This document shows positions 37,674 through 49,843 of a DNA stretch of 64,000 nt, in pieces. Position 1 is the first letter of the stretch, and the number at the start of each line of letters is the position of its first letter. Made by a program: the position numbers and the translations under genes. Under the pieces are notes generated by a model that saw only the letters and a list, made by a program, of their open reading frames with translations, had not been told where the DNA came from and ran no database searches. The DNA is from an uncultured Clostridium sp. (GTDB lineage: Bacteria > Bacillota > Clostridia > TANB77 > CAG-508), in NCBI GenBank assembly GCA_900554815.1, contig USIO01000002.1, forward strand, positions 192 through 64,191, in the 5' to 3' direction.

Positions 37674-37738
37674 ATTAATTTTTAGTAATGTTGTTATGTT
37701 ATCTATTATATATTTTTTTTACTATTTATGTGTACTCT

Positions 37739-38170
37739 TTATTGTAAATTTTGTCTTCTATCTTTTTTATGTAATTTTAAATTTACACCTATTATTCCTC
37801 CAATTATACCTGATAATATAGCAGATATAACCATAATTATTGTATTTGTATTAATACTAAAATTTTGGTATAAAACACTTGATAATATATATATATAAAT
37901 TATATAAATGCTTCCCACAGTTGCTCCATTTACAATACCTTGCTTTTTAATTTTTATAGAACTAAAAATACTTCCAATCAAAATGCTTACTGCTGTTGTA
38001 ATGATAATAACAGGAATAATAACATTTTCTGAAATAGTTGTATAAGATAATAATATTGCTAGAAAAAGTAAAATAATTAATGTAATAGTAATAGCTAGAA
38101 TACTTCCTTTTATTATTTTAGTAACATTGTTTTGAGGTATTATTTCTGTGTTTTTGTTTTTAATTATCAT
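37739..38170 (-). CDS. Small multi-pass membrane protein (TIGR04086-like)
   Basis: 143 aa, 3-4 hydrophobic helices, basic termini. Confidence 0.45.
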   Translation of the reverse strand: MIIKNKNTEIIPQNNVTKIIKGSILAITITLIILLFLAILLSYTTISENVIIPVIIITTAVSILIGSIFSSIKIKKQGIVNGATVGSIYIIYIYILSSVLYQNFSINTNTIIMVISAILSGIIGGIIGVNLKLHKKDRRQNLQ

Positions 38171-38237
38171 ATAAAAACCTCCTTTAATATATAATTTACA
38201 ATTAATATATTAAAGGAGGTTTTATTTTATTCCATTA

Positions 38238-39734
38238 TTATCTAGTATTGGTTTTATTATCTAATACTGTATTATCGTTTAAAACTATAACATTTTTATA
38301 GTCACTAATTAGTCCCCTAAGTCTAACCTGATTAGAATTTACATATTCTTGAACACTTGTTATTCTTCCGTCTTTTTCCATGTAATACACATTTTCCCCT
38401 TCATTTGTAATAGAATAAATTCTATCATATTCACATGGTATTAATTCATTTCCTATTGAATTTACTATTCCATATTTTCCATTTTTTCCAACAACAATTC
38501 CTTTTATGCTTACATCATCTAATTCAACATTTGGAATAATTACCGCATTATTAACACTTCTTTCCGGCATTTCTGTTCCTTCTGAAATTTCATTTTTATT
38601 ATTGTTATTGTTGTTGCTATTGTCTGATGGTTCACTTGTTGGGTGATTTGCAACATATCCTATCTCATCATATTCTAAATTTAATATAATTTGACCTGAT
38701 TTATTTGCAATTCCCCATTTGTTGCCTTTTTTTATTGGAATACAGTTTTCGTATAGAAACATGCCATTTTCTATTTCATCACTTGGAAATAATTGTTTGT
38801 CAATGCCAATATCATTATACTCAATGTTAACCAATATATTTCCCCTTCTACCTAAAACACCATATAAATTATCTTTTTTTACATAGTATAGTTTTAGTTG
38901 ACTATCAATTAAACCAATTTCCTCATATTCTAGCGTTATATTAATATCTCCTGTTTTAGAAATTACTCCTGTTTGTCCAGAATTAGTTGCTAAAAATTCA
39001 TCTGTACTTTCTAAATAAGTTAAATTATCATATTTTGCACCTATAATTTCACTAAAATCTTCTGTAGATAAGACTCCATATTTACCATTTTTTTGTACAA
39101 CTAGCATATTCCCAATAATTGCTTTTTGTGTCATAAAATCTTCTGTTACTGATGTATATTGATTTCTTTCTGCCTGTTTATTATAATAGTCTACTAAATA
39201 TGGCAATGTGTAAATATATAATGTTTTATTTTCGGTTTCATAATAAACTGTAATATTAAATGCCGTCTGAATTGCTTTTTGAGTAGCATATAGTTCATCT
39301 TTATATGTTTTAACTGGTAAGTCTATTTTATAATTGTCAAAATTTACTTTATCCTCTGATGTGTTTTTATAAATGATGTCAGAATTTAGTTCTAATGTAG
39401 CAACTTGTTTTTCGCTTTCTACATAACATTTTGTTTTATCTTCCGAAAATTGTCTAAAATCTCCATTATAATAGTTGTATCCGGCTAAGTCTGCTATTTT
39501 TTTTATAGAAAAATACGTAATCCCAGTAGCATTATCAATGATTGTTAGATCAGATGGCAATGTTACTCTTTTTCCATTAACATTCAGTTTTTCTTTATTT
39601 TTTTCTGCCTGTTGTAAAACCAACATAATTACAAATACAAGTATTAGCAAAATAATTGCGATAATAATTGCAAATGCAACATATTTTTTACTTTTATTTT
39701 CTTTTTCATTTTTTTCTTCACTTAGTAATTCCAT
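38238..39734 (-). CDS. Membrane-anchored WG/KWG-repeat protein
   Basis: N-terminal TM helix. Repeated KNGKYGVL, KGNKWGIANKSGQ and KNGKYGIVNSIGNELIPCEYD modules. Confidence 0.55.
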   Translation of the reverse strand: MELLSEEKNEKENKSKKYVAFAIIIAIILLILVFVIMLVLQQAEKNKEKLNVNGKRVTLPSDLTIIDNATGITYFSIKKIADLAGYNYYNGDFRQFSEDKTKCYVESEKQVATLELNSDIIYKNTSEDKVNFDNYKIDLPVKTYKDELYATQKAIQTAFNITVYYETENKTLYIYTLPYLVDYYNKQAERNQYTSVTEDFMTQKAIIGNMLVVQKNGKYGVLSTEDFSEIIGAKYDNLTYLESTDEFLATNSGQTGVISKTGDINITLEYEEIGLIDSQLKLYYVKKDNLYGVLGRRGNILVNIEYNDIGIDKQLFPSDEIENGMFLYENCIPIKKGNKWGIANKSGQIILNLEYDEIGYVANHPTSEPSDNSNNNNNNKNEISEGTEMPERSVNNAVIIPNVELDDVSIKGIVVGKNGKYGIVNSIGNELIPCEYDRIYSITNEGENVYYMEKDGRITSVQEYVNSNQVRLRGLISDYKNVIVLNDNTVLDNKTNTR

Positions 39735-39743
39735 AAAAACCCC

Positions 39744-40884
<1,141 letters not shown>

Positions 40885-40894
40885 CTATTATTTT

Positions 40895-41920
40895 TTAATA
40901 AATAAACATTGCATCACCAAAACTAAAAAATTTATATTTTTTATTAACAGCTTCTTTATATGCTTCCATAATGTAGTCTTTTCCAGCAAGTGCAGATACT
41001 AACATAATCAAAGTTGATTTTGGCAAATGAAAATTTGTTATTAGTGCATCAATACATTTAAATTTATACCCTGGATAAATAAAAATATTTGTATCTCCTT
41101 CTATTTCTTTTACCATTCCGTTTTCATCTGCTACGCTTTCTAAAACTCTACAAGATGTTGTCCCACATGCAATTATCTTCTTTTTGCTTTGCTTAGCATA
41201 ATTAATTTTTTCAGCATCTTCTTGTTTTATATAATAATGCTCTGTGTGCATCTTATGTTCTTCTACTTTTTCTACCTTTACTGGTCTAAATGTTCCTATT
41301 CCAACATGTAGTGTTACATTTGCAATTTGAACTCCTTTTTCAGATAAATTTTGTAATAATTCATTTGTAAAATGTAGACCTGCAGTTGGTGCTGCTGCTG
41401 ATCCTTCGTGTTGTGCATATACAGTTTGATATCTGTCTTTTTCTTTTAATGTTTCTTTAATATATGGTGGTAAAGGCATTAAACCTATGTTGTCTAATAT
41501 CTCGTTAAAGATTCCATTGTATTTAAATTCTACTAGCCTGTTACCATTTGGTAATACTTCTAAAAGTTCTGCTTTCAATATTCCATTGCCAAAAGAGACT
41601 TTTGCTCCTTTTAATAATTTTCTTCCAGGTCTTACAATTACTTCCCATATATCATCTTTTTTTCTATTTAATAGCAAAAATTCAACATTTGCTCCTGTTA
41701 TTTCTTTTATTCCATATAGTCTTGCTGGAATTACCTTTGTATTATTAATTACTAAACAATCTCCAGATTCTAAATAGTTAATAATGTCTTTAAAAATCTT
41801 ATGTTCTATTGTGTGTTTTTGTTTATTTAAAATTAGTAATCTGGATTCATCTCTTTTTTCATTTGGGTGTTGTGCAATTAATTGCTCTGGTAAATTATAG
41901 TCAAAATCTGCTACATTCAT
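40895..41920 (-). CDS. queA: S-adenosylmethionine:tRNA ribosyltransferase-isomerase
   Basis: [19 protein letters not shown]...ESRLL. 341 aa, typical QueA. Confidence 0.9.
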   Translation of the reverse strand: MNVADFDYNLPEQLIAQHPNEKRDESRLLILNKQKHTIEHKIFKDIINYLESGDCLVINNTKVIPARLYGIKEITGANVEFLLLNRKKDDIWEVIVRPGRKLLKGAKVSFGNGILKAELLEVLPNGNRLVEFKYNGIFNEILDNIGLMPLPPYIKETLKEKDRYQTVYAQHEGSAAAPTAGLHFTNELLQNLSEKGVQIANVTLHVGIGTFRPVKVEKVEEHKMHTEHYYIKQEDAEKINYAKQSKKKIIACGTTSCRVLESVADENGMVKEIEGDTNIFIYPGYKFKCIDALITNFHLPKSTLIMLVSALAGKDYIMEAYKEAVNKKYKFFSFGDAMFIY

Positions 41921-41949
41921 TTTGTTGTTCCTTTCTGTAAAGAAAATAC

Positions 41950-43318
41950 TTACGTTCCTATTACAGTATTATTTTGTTTTTGTAATATATTAATTTTTTC
42001 AAATATTGCTTTAAAAAATATTCTAATTTCTTCAATAATGTTTTTAGGTTCATTATCAAATTCTAGTTCCATTGAATAAATAAATTGACTATTATGAATC
42101 GGTTTAAAAGTAAATACTTGTTTTTCTAATCCAACTGTACTGTCTCCTAATTTTATATTTTTACACATATAGTCTGAATACCATTGTTTTAGCCCTTCAC
42201 TTGAAGATACTTTATATCCGTATTTTTCGTAGTCATGTAAAGCGGGGGCTTCCATTCCATGTTCTTTTGATTCTCTTTCTAATGTGTGCAAGAATTCGTG
42301 AATGTAAACTTCTTCTGGGAAAGTGTTATTGCCTGCATATTGATAAATATCGTTTTGTTGGGTATCTGAAAGTCGAATATTTGAAAAACCTATATTTTGA
42401 TATGTCATTCCTCCCAGTCCAATCCAGTCGTTTTCTTTATTTTCTGGGTGTAAAATATTTCCTAGTTTTACTATAGCAAAAATATAGTCATATTCCGCTT
42501 TTTTAATATAAGGTTCTATTATGTCGGAAATATCATTTGTTGAAATATAATAGCCATTTTGCTGATCATAGCTAACAGATTGAATTGGCTCTTCAATGTT
42601 AATAATTTGATAATGCATAGTCATAGCATTATTTGATAAATTTTTAAAACTTGTCTTTGCTCTTTCTAAGTTTTGTTGCATTGTTAGCATTTCATTTTGG
42701 TTAATAGATGTTTTTATATTTGTGTTTGTACCATTTATGTTTACATTAGCATCTAAATTTTCGAATATAAAACATATCATATTCCAATTTGTGTCTTCTC
42801 TAGGAGAACCTCTTTCTAATTTTAAATCTTTAAACCAAGCGTCTCCTTTGCAATTCCCCAAATAAGTTCCTAAGCGAAAGCCTACTTGTATTTGTGTTCT
42901 ATCTTTAGAATTAAAACAAAAAGTTAGCTGCTTCCAGTCATTGGTTCCTTTTAAAACCTCTGACATTTCTGTTGTATCTAAAATTGATATACATGCTCCT
43001 GAATTTGAAATTTCTTTTTCTGTTTCAATATTTCCGTGTTTTTACCATACAGCTTACTCTATATGGAGTATTTTTTTCTACCTCAATAGTTTTATAAAAC
43101 ATAGCATCATTATAAGTAGGAGAAGTTATTTTATAGCTGTATTGATTATCTACTTCTTTTTCTCTTGAAAAAGTACTAACTCCTTGTATATATTCTGCTT
43201 TTACAAAATCATTGAAATATTTTCTTCTATATAAATTATATATTATATATATCCCATAAATTATTATAATAATTAAGATAAGTGAAATTAATCGACTAAC
43301 CCAGATTTTTTTCTTCAT
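41950..43318 (-). pseudogene. Membrane-anchored protein with HExxH motif (IHEFLHTLE), split by a +1 frameshift (C insertion near 43036)
   Basis: N-terminal ORF (TM anchor) ends ..MVKTRKY*. Next frame continues KHGNIETEKEISNSGAC..MSEVLKG. acaCgga should read acagga. Confidence 0.5.
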
Positions 43319-43568
43319 AAGTACTCCTCTTATAAATAAATTTATTTTAATTATACTGTTTTTCTATAATAAGTGCAATACATTTTAATATTATTTCTTT
43401 TATATTAGAGCTTGCTCTAATGATGTACAAAATGTTGCGGGAATTTTGTAAAATACTAGGCAGCTTTAAATTGTTGTATATATTTTTATATTTTCATATA
43501 TTAATCAAATTATACACAAAAATCACTTGCTTTCATGTATAATAAAAAGAGGTATTCCCCTCTTTTTA

Positions 43569-46346
43569 TTATACTTTAATAGCGTCACTACATCTATGGC
43601 AAATTGTTGGATTATCTTTATCTTCTCCTACTGTTGTAGAATACATCCAGCATCTTTCGCATTTTTTTCCATCAGCCATTTCTACTTTTACCCCTATTTT
43701 TTCGTTTTCATCTTTTCTTGCATTTTCTTCTATAAATACTTGAGAAACAATTAAAACCGGTTGTAAGTGTTCTTCCACTTCTTTTAAGAATTTATAATTT
43801 TCTCCTTCTGCATATAAAGTAACTTTCGCATTTAAAGAATGTCCAATAACTTTTTCTGTTCTTGCTATTTCTAATTTTTTAGCAACTAATTCTTTTATTT
43901 TTTCAATTTTATTCCACTTTTTAACTAATTCTTTATTATTATATTCTTCGTTTAAATTTGGCCAAGATGTTAGCATTGGGCTTTGGGTACTCTCATCCTT
44001 TTTATGTGGCATAAAATTCCAAATTTCCTCTGCCGTAAAAACTGTCATTGGTGCTAATAGCTTTACTAATACATCCAATATTATGTACATAGTAGTTTGT
44101 GCAGCTCTTCTTTCTTTAGATTTTGGTTTTGAAGTATATAATCTATCTTTAATAATATCTAAATAGAAATTACTCATATCGTTTACGCAAAATTTATTAA
44201 TTTCATGGTAAGCTACGTGGAAGTCATAGTTGTCATAACTTTGTGTAACATTTTTAATTAATTCATTTAATTTATATAATGCATATTTATCTATTTCCAA
44301 TAAACTTTCATATTCTAGTGGTTCATTAGGATCATAGTCAGATATATTTCCCAATATATATCTTGCTGTATTTCTTATTTTCCTATATACTTCTGTAATT
44401 TGCTTTAAAATATCTTTAGATAAACTAATTTCTGATTTGTAATCTGAAGATAATACCCATAGTCTTAAAATATCTGCACCATATTCTTTTATAATATCTT
44501 GTGGGCTAATTACATTTCCCTCTGATTTAGACATTTTTCTGCCCTTATCATCAATTACAAATCCATGTGTTAACACTTCTTTATATGGTGCAACACCATG
44601 TGCAGCAACAGATGTAAGTAATGAACTTTGGAACCAACCTCTATATTGATCGTTTCCTTCTAAGTACATATCTGCTGATGGTAAACCTCTTGCAGCTAGC
44701 ACTCCTTCATATGTAGTTCCAGAGTCAAACCATACATCCATGATGTCTGTCTCAATTTTAAAGTCTTTATTACCACAAGAAGAACATGTAGCTCCTTTTG
44801 GCATTAATTCTTCTATAGGTAATTCATACCAAGATGTAGATCCTTTTTCTTTAAATATTTTTATAATTTTTTGGATAGATTCTTCAGTAATATATTCATT
44901 ACCACATTCTTTGCAGTAAAATATAGGAATAGGCACTCCCCATGTACGTTGTCTAGAAATGCACCAATCTGCTCTTTCTTGTACCATACTTGCAATTCTT
45001 TCTTCTCCCCAAGCAGGGTACCATTTTACCTTTTTTATTTCTTCTAATGCTTTTTCTCTAAAGTCTTCTATAGAAGCAAACCATTGGTCTGTAGCTCTAA
45101 AAATAATTGGATTTTTGCATCTCCAGCAGTGTGGATATTGATGAACGATTTTTTCTTTGCTTAGCAAATATCCATTTCCCTCAAGCCATTCAATAATTGC
45201 CTCATTTGATTTTGCATAATATAATCCATTAAATGGTCCTGCTCCTTCTGTTTGATATCCTTTTCCATCTACTGTAACAACAATTTCTAATCCATTTTTT
45301 AGTCCACATAAATAGTCTTCTTTACCATACCCAGGAGCTGTATGTACTGCTCCTGTTCCTGTATCCAATTCAACTACAATTGTATCTTCACTACCCAGAA
45401 CAACTTTTGAATCTCTGTCTAAAAATGGGTGCTTGCAAATAGTTCCTACTAATTCTTTTCCACTAAATTGCTGAATTGTATTGTAATTTGTTATTTTAGC
45501 CAATTTCATTACTTGTTCAACTAATTGCGTTGCTAAAATATAGTTTTCTTTTTCTGTTTCTACTACACTATATTCAAAATCCTCTCCAATTGTAATAGCA
45601 ACATTACCTGGTAAAGTCCATGGAGTTGTTGTCCATATTACAAAATAGGTTGGTTTTTTTGTTAATAATTTTGTTGAAGGCTTACTTACTTCAAATTTTA
45701 CATAAATAGATGTTGTTTCATGTTCTTTATATTCAATTTCGGCTTCTGCTAATGCTGTTTCACAATCTGTACACCAGTAAACCGGTTTTAAGCCCTTGTA
45801 AATATATCCCTTTTTAAACATCTCCCAAAATATTTCAATCTGTTTAGCCTCAAACTCTGGTTGTAAAGTAATGTATGGATGATCCCAGTCTCCTAAAACT
45901 CCAAGTCTTTTAAAACCTTCTGTTTGTTTTTCTACAAAGCTTAAAGCAAAATCTCTACAAGTATTTCTAAATTTGGCAACACTTACTTCGTCTCTGTTGA
46001 TTCCTAAAACTTGAATTGCTCTTTTTTCTGTTGGTAAGCCATGTGTATCGTATCCTGGAATATATGGCGTATTATATCCTTTTAAATTTTTATACCTAAC
46101 AACTGTATCTTTCAATATTTTATTTAATGCATGTCCTATGTGAATTTCTCCATTTGCATATGGAGGTCCATCATGCAAAATAAAATATTCATTTTTTTCA
46201 TTTTTCTTTAGCATTTTTTCATATAGTCCATCATTAAAAACTCTTTCCATTACTTTCGGCTCATTTTCTGGCAAATTTGCCCTCATTGGAAAATCTGTTT
46301 TTGGTAAATTTAATGTTGTTCCATAGTCTTTCTTTTTTTCTTCCAT
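43569..46346 (-). CDS. ileS: Isoleucine--tRNA ligase
   Basis: HIGH motif PYANGEIHIGH. KMSKS motif GRKMSKSEGN. C-terminal zinc finger CERCW...CHRC. 925 aa. Confidence 0.95.
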   Translation of the reverse strand: MEEKKKDYGTTLNLPKTDFPMRANLPENEPKVMERVFNDGLYEKMLKKNEKNEYFILHDGPPYANGEIHIGHALNKILKDTVVRYKNLKGYNTPYIPGYDTHGLPTEKRAIQVLGINRDEVSVAKFRNTCRDFALSFVEKQTEGFKRLGVLGDWDHPYITLQPEFEAKQIEIFWEMFKKGYIYKGLKPVYWCTDCETALAEAEIEYKEHETTSIYVKFEVSKPSTKLLTKKPTYFVIWTTTPWTLPGNVAITIGEDFEYSVVETEKENYILATQLVEQVMKLAKITNYNTIQQFSGKELVGTICKHPFLDRDSKVVLGSEDTIVVELDTGTGAVHTAPGYGKEDYLCGLKNGLEIVVTVDGKGYQTEGAGPFNGLYYAKSNEAIIEWLEGNGYLLSKEKIVHQYPHCWRCKNPIIFRATDQWFASIEDFREKALEEIKKVKWYPAWGEERIASMVQERADWCISRQRTWGVPIPIFYCKECGNEYITEESIQKIIKIFKEKGSTSWYELPIEELMPKGATCSSCGNKDFKIETDIMDVWFDSGTTYEGVLAARGLPSADMYLEGNDQYRGWFQSSLLTSVAAHGVAPYKEVLTHGFVIDDKGRKMSKSEGNVISPQDIIKEYGADILRLWVLSSDYKSEISLSKDILKQITEVYRKIRNTARYILGNISDYDPNEPLEYESLLEIDKYALYKLNELIKNVTQSYDNYDFHVAYHEINKFCVNDMSNFYLDIIKDRLYTSKPKSKERRAAQTTMYIILDVLVKLLAPMTVFTAEEIWNFMPHKKDESTQSPMLTSWPNLNEEYNNKELVKKWNKIEKIKELVAKKLEIARTEKVIGHSLNAKVTLYAEGENYKFLKEVEEHLQPVLIVSQVFIEENARKDENEKIGVKVEMADGKKCERCWMYSTTVGEDKDNPTICHRCSDAIKV

Positions 46347-46349
46347 TAT

Positions 46350-46620
46350 AGTTCCCCCTTTAAATAATCATTTTTTAAATTAAATCAATTATAAAAAAAT
46401 TCGCCCTATTAATAGGACGAATTTTTTTCCGTGGTACCACCTAATTTAAAAATAATTATACATTATTTTTCTCTTTAAAATCTGTAACGAAGATTAACGT
46501 CTTATTCTACTTAGTTCAAATAAGCAACTTAAAAAGGTGATAACAATCATTTTTATCTTACTAGAATTTCAGCAGTATCTAGCTCTCTTTAAAGAATATT
46601 ACATAATTGTCTTGTCCTCA
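46350..46620 (-). promoter_or_regulatory. T-box riboswitch leader of ileS
   Basis: T-box sequence AATTAGGTGGTACCACGG (RC of about 46428-46447). Terminator hairpin aattcgtcct-attaat-agggcgaatt plus U-run at about 46395-46430. Confidence 0.55.
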
Positions 46621-46740
46621 TCATGGTCTTTTAATTTATAAAATATATATAAGAATATCATTTTTTTCTTTATATTGCAAGCATTTTTACAATGGGCAAC
46701 ATCCTTTTTTTGGAATTGCCACAAAATATTTTATATTAGT

Positions 46741-47619
46741 TTATTTAATTTGTTTCATAACTTCTTCTGCAAAATTTTCTTCTTTTTTTTCTATTCCTTC
46801 GCCTTTTTCAAATCTAGCAAATCTAACAACTTCTGCATTTTTAGATTTAACTAGGTCTTCAACTTTAATATCTGGATTTTTTACAAATGGTTGTTCTAAT
46901 AAGCAAATTTCTCCATAGAATTTTCCAATTCTTCCTTTTACCATTTTTTCAGCTATTTCAGCTGGTTTACCCTCATTCATTGCTTGTGCTTTTAGTATTT
47001 CCATTTCCTTTTGTACTTTTTCTTCTGGAACTTCTTGTCTATTTAAATATTCAGGTCTAGCTGCTGCAACTTGCATACAAATATCTTTTGCTAAGTCACT
47101 TTCGCCTTTTGCTAAATCTACTAATACTCCAATTTTTCCGTCTCCATGTATATAACTTTCTATTAATCCATCACTTTCAAATCTAACAAATCTTCTAATA
47201 GACATATTTTCTCCAATTGTTGCGATTTTGTCTGTAAGTACTTCTTGTATAGTTTTACCATACACTTTAACTGATTCTTGGTTTAGTAAATCTGTTACGT
47301 CCTTTGGATTTTTAATTGCAATTTGTTCTGCAACATCTAGTACAAAAGCTCTAAAATCTTCATTTTTGGCTACAAAGTCAGTTTCAGAATTAACCTCTAC
47401 TAATACTCCAACTTTTTTGTCTGCTGTTACATAAGCGCATACTAGTCCTTCTGCTGCAATTCTTTCAGACTTTTTTGCTGCTTTTGCAATTCCTCTTTCT
47501 CTTAAAAGTTCAATTGCCTTTTCCATATCTCCATTAGTTTCTGTTAAAACTTTTTTGCAATCCATCATACCTGCACCAGTTTTTTCTCTTAAATTTTTCA
47601 CAAGTTCTGCAGTAATCAT
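46741..47619 (-). CDS. tsf: Elongation factor Ts
   Basis: MITAELVKNLREKTGAGMMDCKKVL, the conserved EF-Ts N-terminus. Confidence 0.9.
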   Translation of the reverse strand: MITAELVKNLREKTGAGMMDCKKVLTETNGDMEKAIELLRERGIAKAAKKSERIAAEGLVCAYVTADKKVGVLVEVNSETDFVAKNEDFRAFVLDVAEQIAIKNPKDVTDLLNQESVKVYGKTIQEVLTDKIATIGENMSIRRFVRFESDGLIESYIHGDGKIGVLVDLAKGESDLAKDICMQVAAARPEYLNRQEVPEEKVQKEMEILKAQAMNEGKPAEIAEKMVKGRIGKFYGEICLLEQPFVKNPDIKVEDLVKSKNAEVVRFARFEKGEGIEKKEENFAEEVMKQIK

Positions 47620-47774
47620 TTATTCTTCCTCCCCTAATATATTTTATATAAGTCGCCATAAAGACGACTTTTTAAATATTACAAATTTAATCTTATATGC
47701 TATAAAATTAAGTTTTATTAAATAGTATAAAATGCAAAATAATTTTTTATGCAAATATCAAAACTGCTTTTTAA

Positions 47775-48554
47775 TTATTCTTGTTCTTCAGATGTTTCTA
47801 CAACTTCTTCTATACTAGTTGGTTCTGCTACTTTTTCGGTAATCTCTTCTGTAGGTATTTCTTCAGCAGTTTCTCCTTGTCTTCCTTCAATAACTGCATT
47901 TGCCATTACATCTGCAATTAATTTAACTGCTCTTATAGCATCATCATTTCCTGGAATTGCATAGTCTACATCATTTGGGTTGCAGTTTGTGTCTACCAAT
48001 CCAACAACAGGAATTTTTAATTTTCTTGCCTCTAATATTGCAATTCTTTCTTTTTTTGGATCTACTATAAATAATGCACCTGGTAATTTCTCCATATTCT
48101 TAATTCCACCAAGATTTTTTTCTAGTTTTTCCATTTCTCCTTTTAATTTAATAACCTCTTTTTTAGGTAATAAGTCAAAAGTACCGTCCTCTTGCATTTT
48201 TTCTAATTCATTTAATCTTTCAATTCTTTTTCTAATAGTTCCAAAATTGGTTAACATTCCGCCTAACCATCTTTGGTCAACATAGAACATATTGCATTTT
48301 TGAGCTGCTTCTTTCATACATTCTTGTGCTTGTTTTTTTGTTCCCACAAAAAGAATATCTTTTCCTTCTTCTGCTTGTTCTTTGATAAAAGCATATGCTT
48401 CATCTAATTTTTTTGATGTTTTTTGTAAGTCAATAATGTGAATTCCATTTCTGGCTTGGAAAATATATTCAGCCATTTTAGGATCCCATCTTCTTGTTTG
48501 ATGTCCAAAATGAACACCTGCTTCAAGTAGTTGTTTCATCGCTACTACTGCCAT
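47775..48554 (-). CDS. rpsB: 30S ribosomal protein S2
   Basis: [22 protein letters not shown]. Confidence 0.95.
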   Translation of the reverse strand: MAVVAMKQLLEAGVHFGHQTRRWDPKMAEYIFQARNGIHIIDLQKTSKKLDEAYAFIKEQAEEGKDILFVGTKKQAQECMKEAAQKCNMFYVDQRWLGGMLTNFGTIRKRIERLNELEKMQEDGTFDLLPKKEVIKLKGEMEKLEKNLGGIKNMEKLPGALFIVDPKKERIAILEARKLKIPVVGLVDTNCNPNDVDYAIPGNDDAIRAVKLIADVMANAVIEGRQGETAEEIPTEEITEKVAEPTSIEEVVETSEEQE

Positions 48555-48720
48555 TTTAATTTCCTCCTTTTAGTTTTTCCTCCGCACATATCTTAATTCT
48601 AGAAGACTTAAAGTATAAGCACTATTTCTAGAACTCCTTATGCGTGTGTTTTTAACGTGTATTATTATAGCAAATCTGTTTTAAGATTTCAAGTATTTTT
48701 ATTAAATTTTATACAGAAAC

Positions 48721-48750
48721 TGGGAAACAAGCAATGCTTGCTTCCCAGAA
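48721..48750 (-). terminator. GC-rich hairpin terminator downstream of the 48756..49298 gene
   Basis: ctgggaaacaagc-aatg-cttgcttcccag. Confidence 0.4.
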
Positions 48751-48755
48751 AGGAG

Positions 48756-49298
48756 TTATTCCCAAATATACTCATAGTCAGCATATCTAGAAATATAGCC
48801 CTCAACGGGATTTTCAATTGTTAAAACATGGAGACACTCCACAGTTTCGTCAACTACAATTAAAATCTCGTTGACGCGGTCTCCTACGCCGCTTCCGACA
48901 CCCAAGTCTCCATTTATACAAGCCCATTCGGAAGTATAAATGTTTTGAGTATGGTCCCCGTTTAGGAAGATTTTGTAACCATAGGTTAAGTACCTCATAA
49001 TTACAAATCCCTCTATGCCATCTAATGTCCTAATATAGCAATATTCGCCATATTCGGGACGGTGGAATACCCTGTTTGTGCTTTCGTAGACTACGTCACC
49101 CATTCTAAGCTGAATAGACTTATTGTTATTATCCTTGACCGGTTCTGCATTCCTGTTCGGTTCAGTTCTAAGCGTAAGCTTAGAAACCCGTACCATCAGG
49201 TTCATGGGTGGTGGTACTTCTTCTTGAGCCAACGTTGTTGTAATTCCTCCTAACATAGTTAAACTCAAAACTAGCAGCAAAGAGATTAGCCGTTTCAT
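48756..49298 (-). CDS. Secreted hypothetical protein with signal peptide; gene has anomalously high GC
   Basis: Signal peptide MKRLISLLLVLSLTMLGGITTTLAQE. The gene DNA is visibly GC-richer (roughly 40-45%) than the roughly 27% surroundings. Confidence 0.5.
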   Translation of the reverse strand: MKRLISLLLVLSLTMLGGITTTLAQEEVPPPMNLMVRVSKLTLRTEPNRNAEPVKDNNNKSIQLRMGDVVYESTNRVFHRPEYGEYCYIRTLDGIEGFVIMRYLTYGYKIFLNGDHTQNIYTSEWACINGDLGVGSGVGDRVNEILIVVDETVECLHVLTIENPVEGYISRYADYEYIWE

Positions 49299-49368
49299 TT
49301 TTTTATCCTCCTTTTTTGTTTTATGGCTTTGCCATCTATATTTATATTACCATTTTTTATGTTTTATG

Positions 49369-49773
49369 TCAATTTATGGTTTTATTTAATACTTCTTTTA
49401 AACGTTTTATTTGTTTAGTTAAATATAAATATCCTATTAAACCCTCAAAAGCTGTTGCATACATGTATTCTTGTATACTTGCATTTTTAGGCAAATGATG
49501 GTTTTGAGTATTTCTTGCTCTTCTTACAATGTCTTTTTCTTCTTCTGTTAAATCTTGTTCTAAATTTTTTAAAATTTCTGATTGAGCCTTTGCCTTTACA
49601 TATTTAATAGTTTCAATATGTAAACTATGAGGTTTTAACTGTGTATTATTTACTAAATAACTCCTAATATATAAGTCATATACGCAGTCTCCTACATATG
49701 CCCAAACCAAAGGTGACATTAATTCTATTTCTTTTTTGCTTTTTGTTATATTCATTAATTCATTTAGTTCCAA
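49369..49773 (-). CDS. mrnC: Mini-ribonuclease 3
   Basis: LVWAYVGDCVYDLYIR and ATAFEGLIGYLYL match Mini-III (YazC). Confidence 0.8.
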   Translation of the reverse strand: MELNELMNITKSKKEIELMSPLVWAYVGDCVYDLYIRSYLVNNTQLKPHSLHIETIKYVKAKAQSEILKNLEQDLTEEEKDIVRRARNTQNHHLPKNASIQEYMYATAFEGLIGYLYLTKQIKRLKEVLNKTIN

Positions 49774-49843
49774 ATAATTTTCCTTCTTCTTGTTATATAT
49801 TTAGGTTTTTAAATTAAGGTTACCTATAAACCAATTTATAGTA

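Noticed and set aside
37600-37680. Chromosomal replication origin (oriC)
   Set aside because: DnaA boxes are present but there is no dnaA/dnaN/rpmH context. Neighbours are tRNA-Gly, tgt/queA and a membrane gene, so a DnaA-box cluster is more likely.
43025-43318. Separate N-terminal membrane-anchor gene upstream of the HExxH protein
   Set aside because: The frame join with the same C-before-GG insertion seen in four other genes indicates a single gene with a frameshift.
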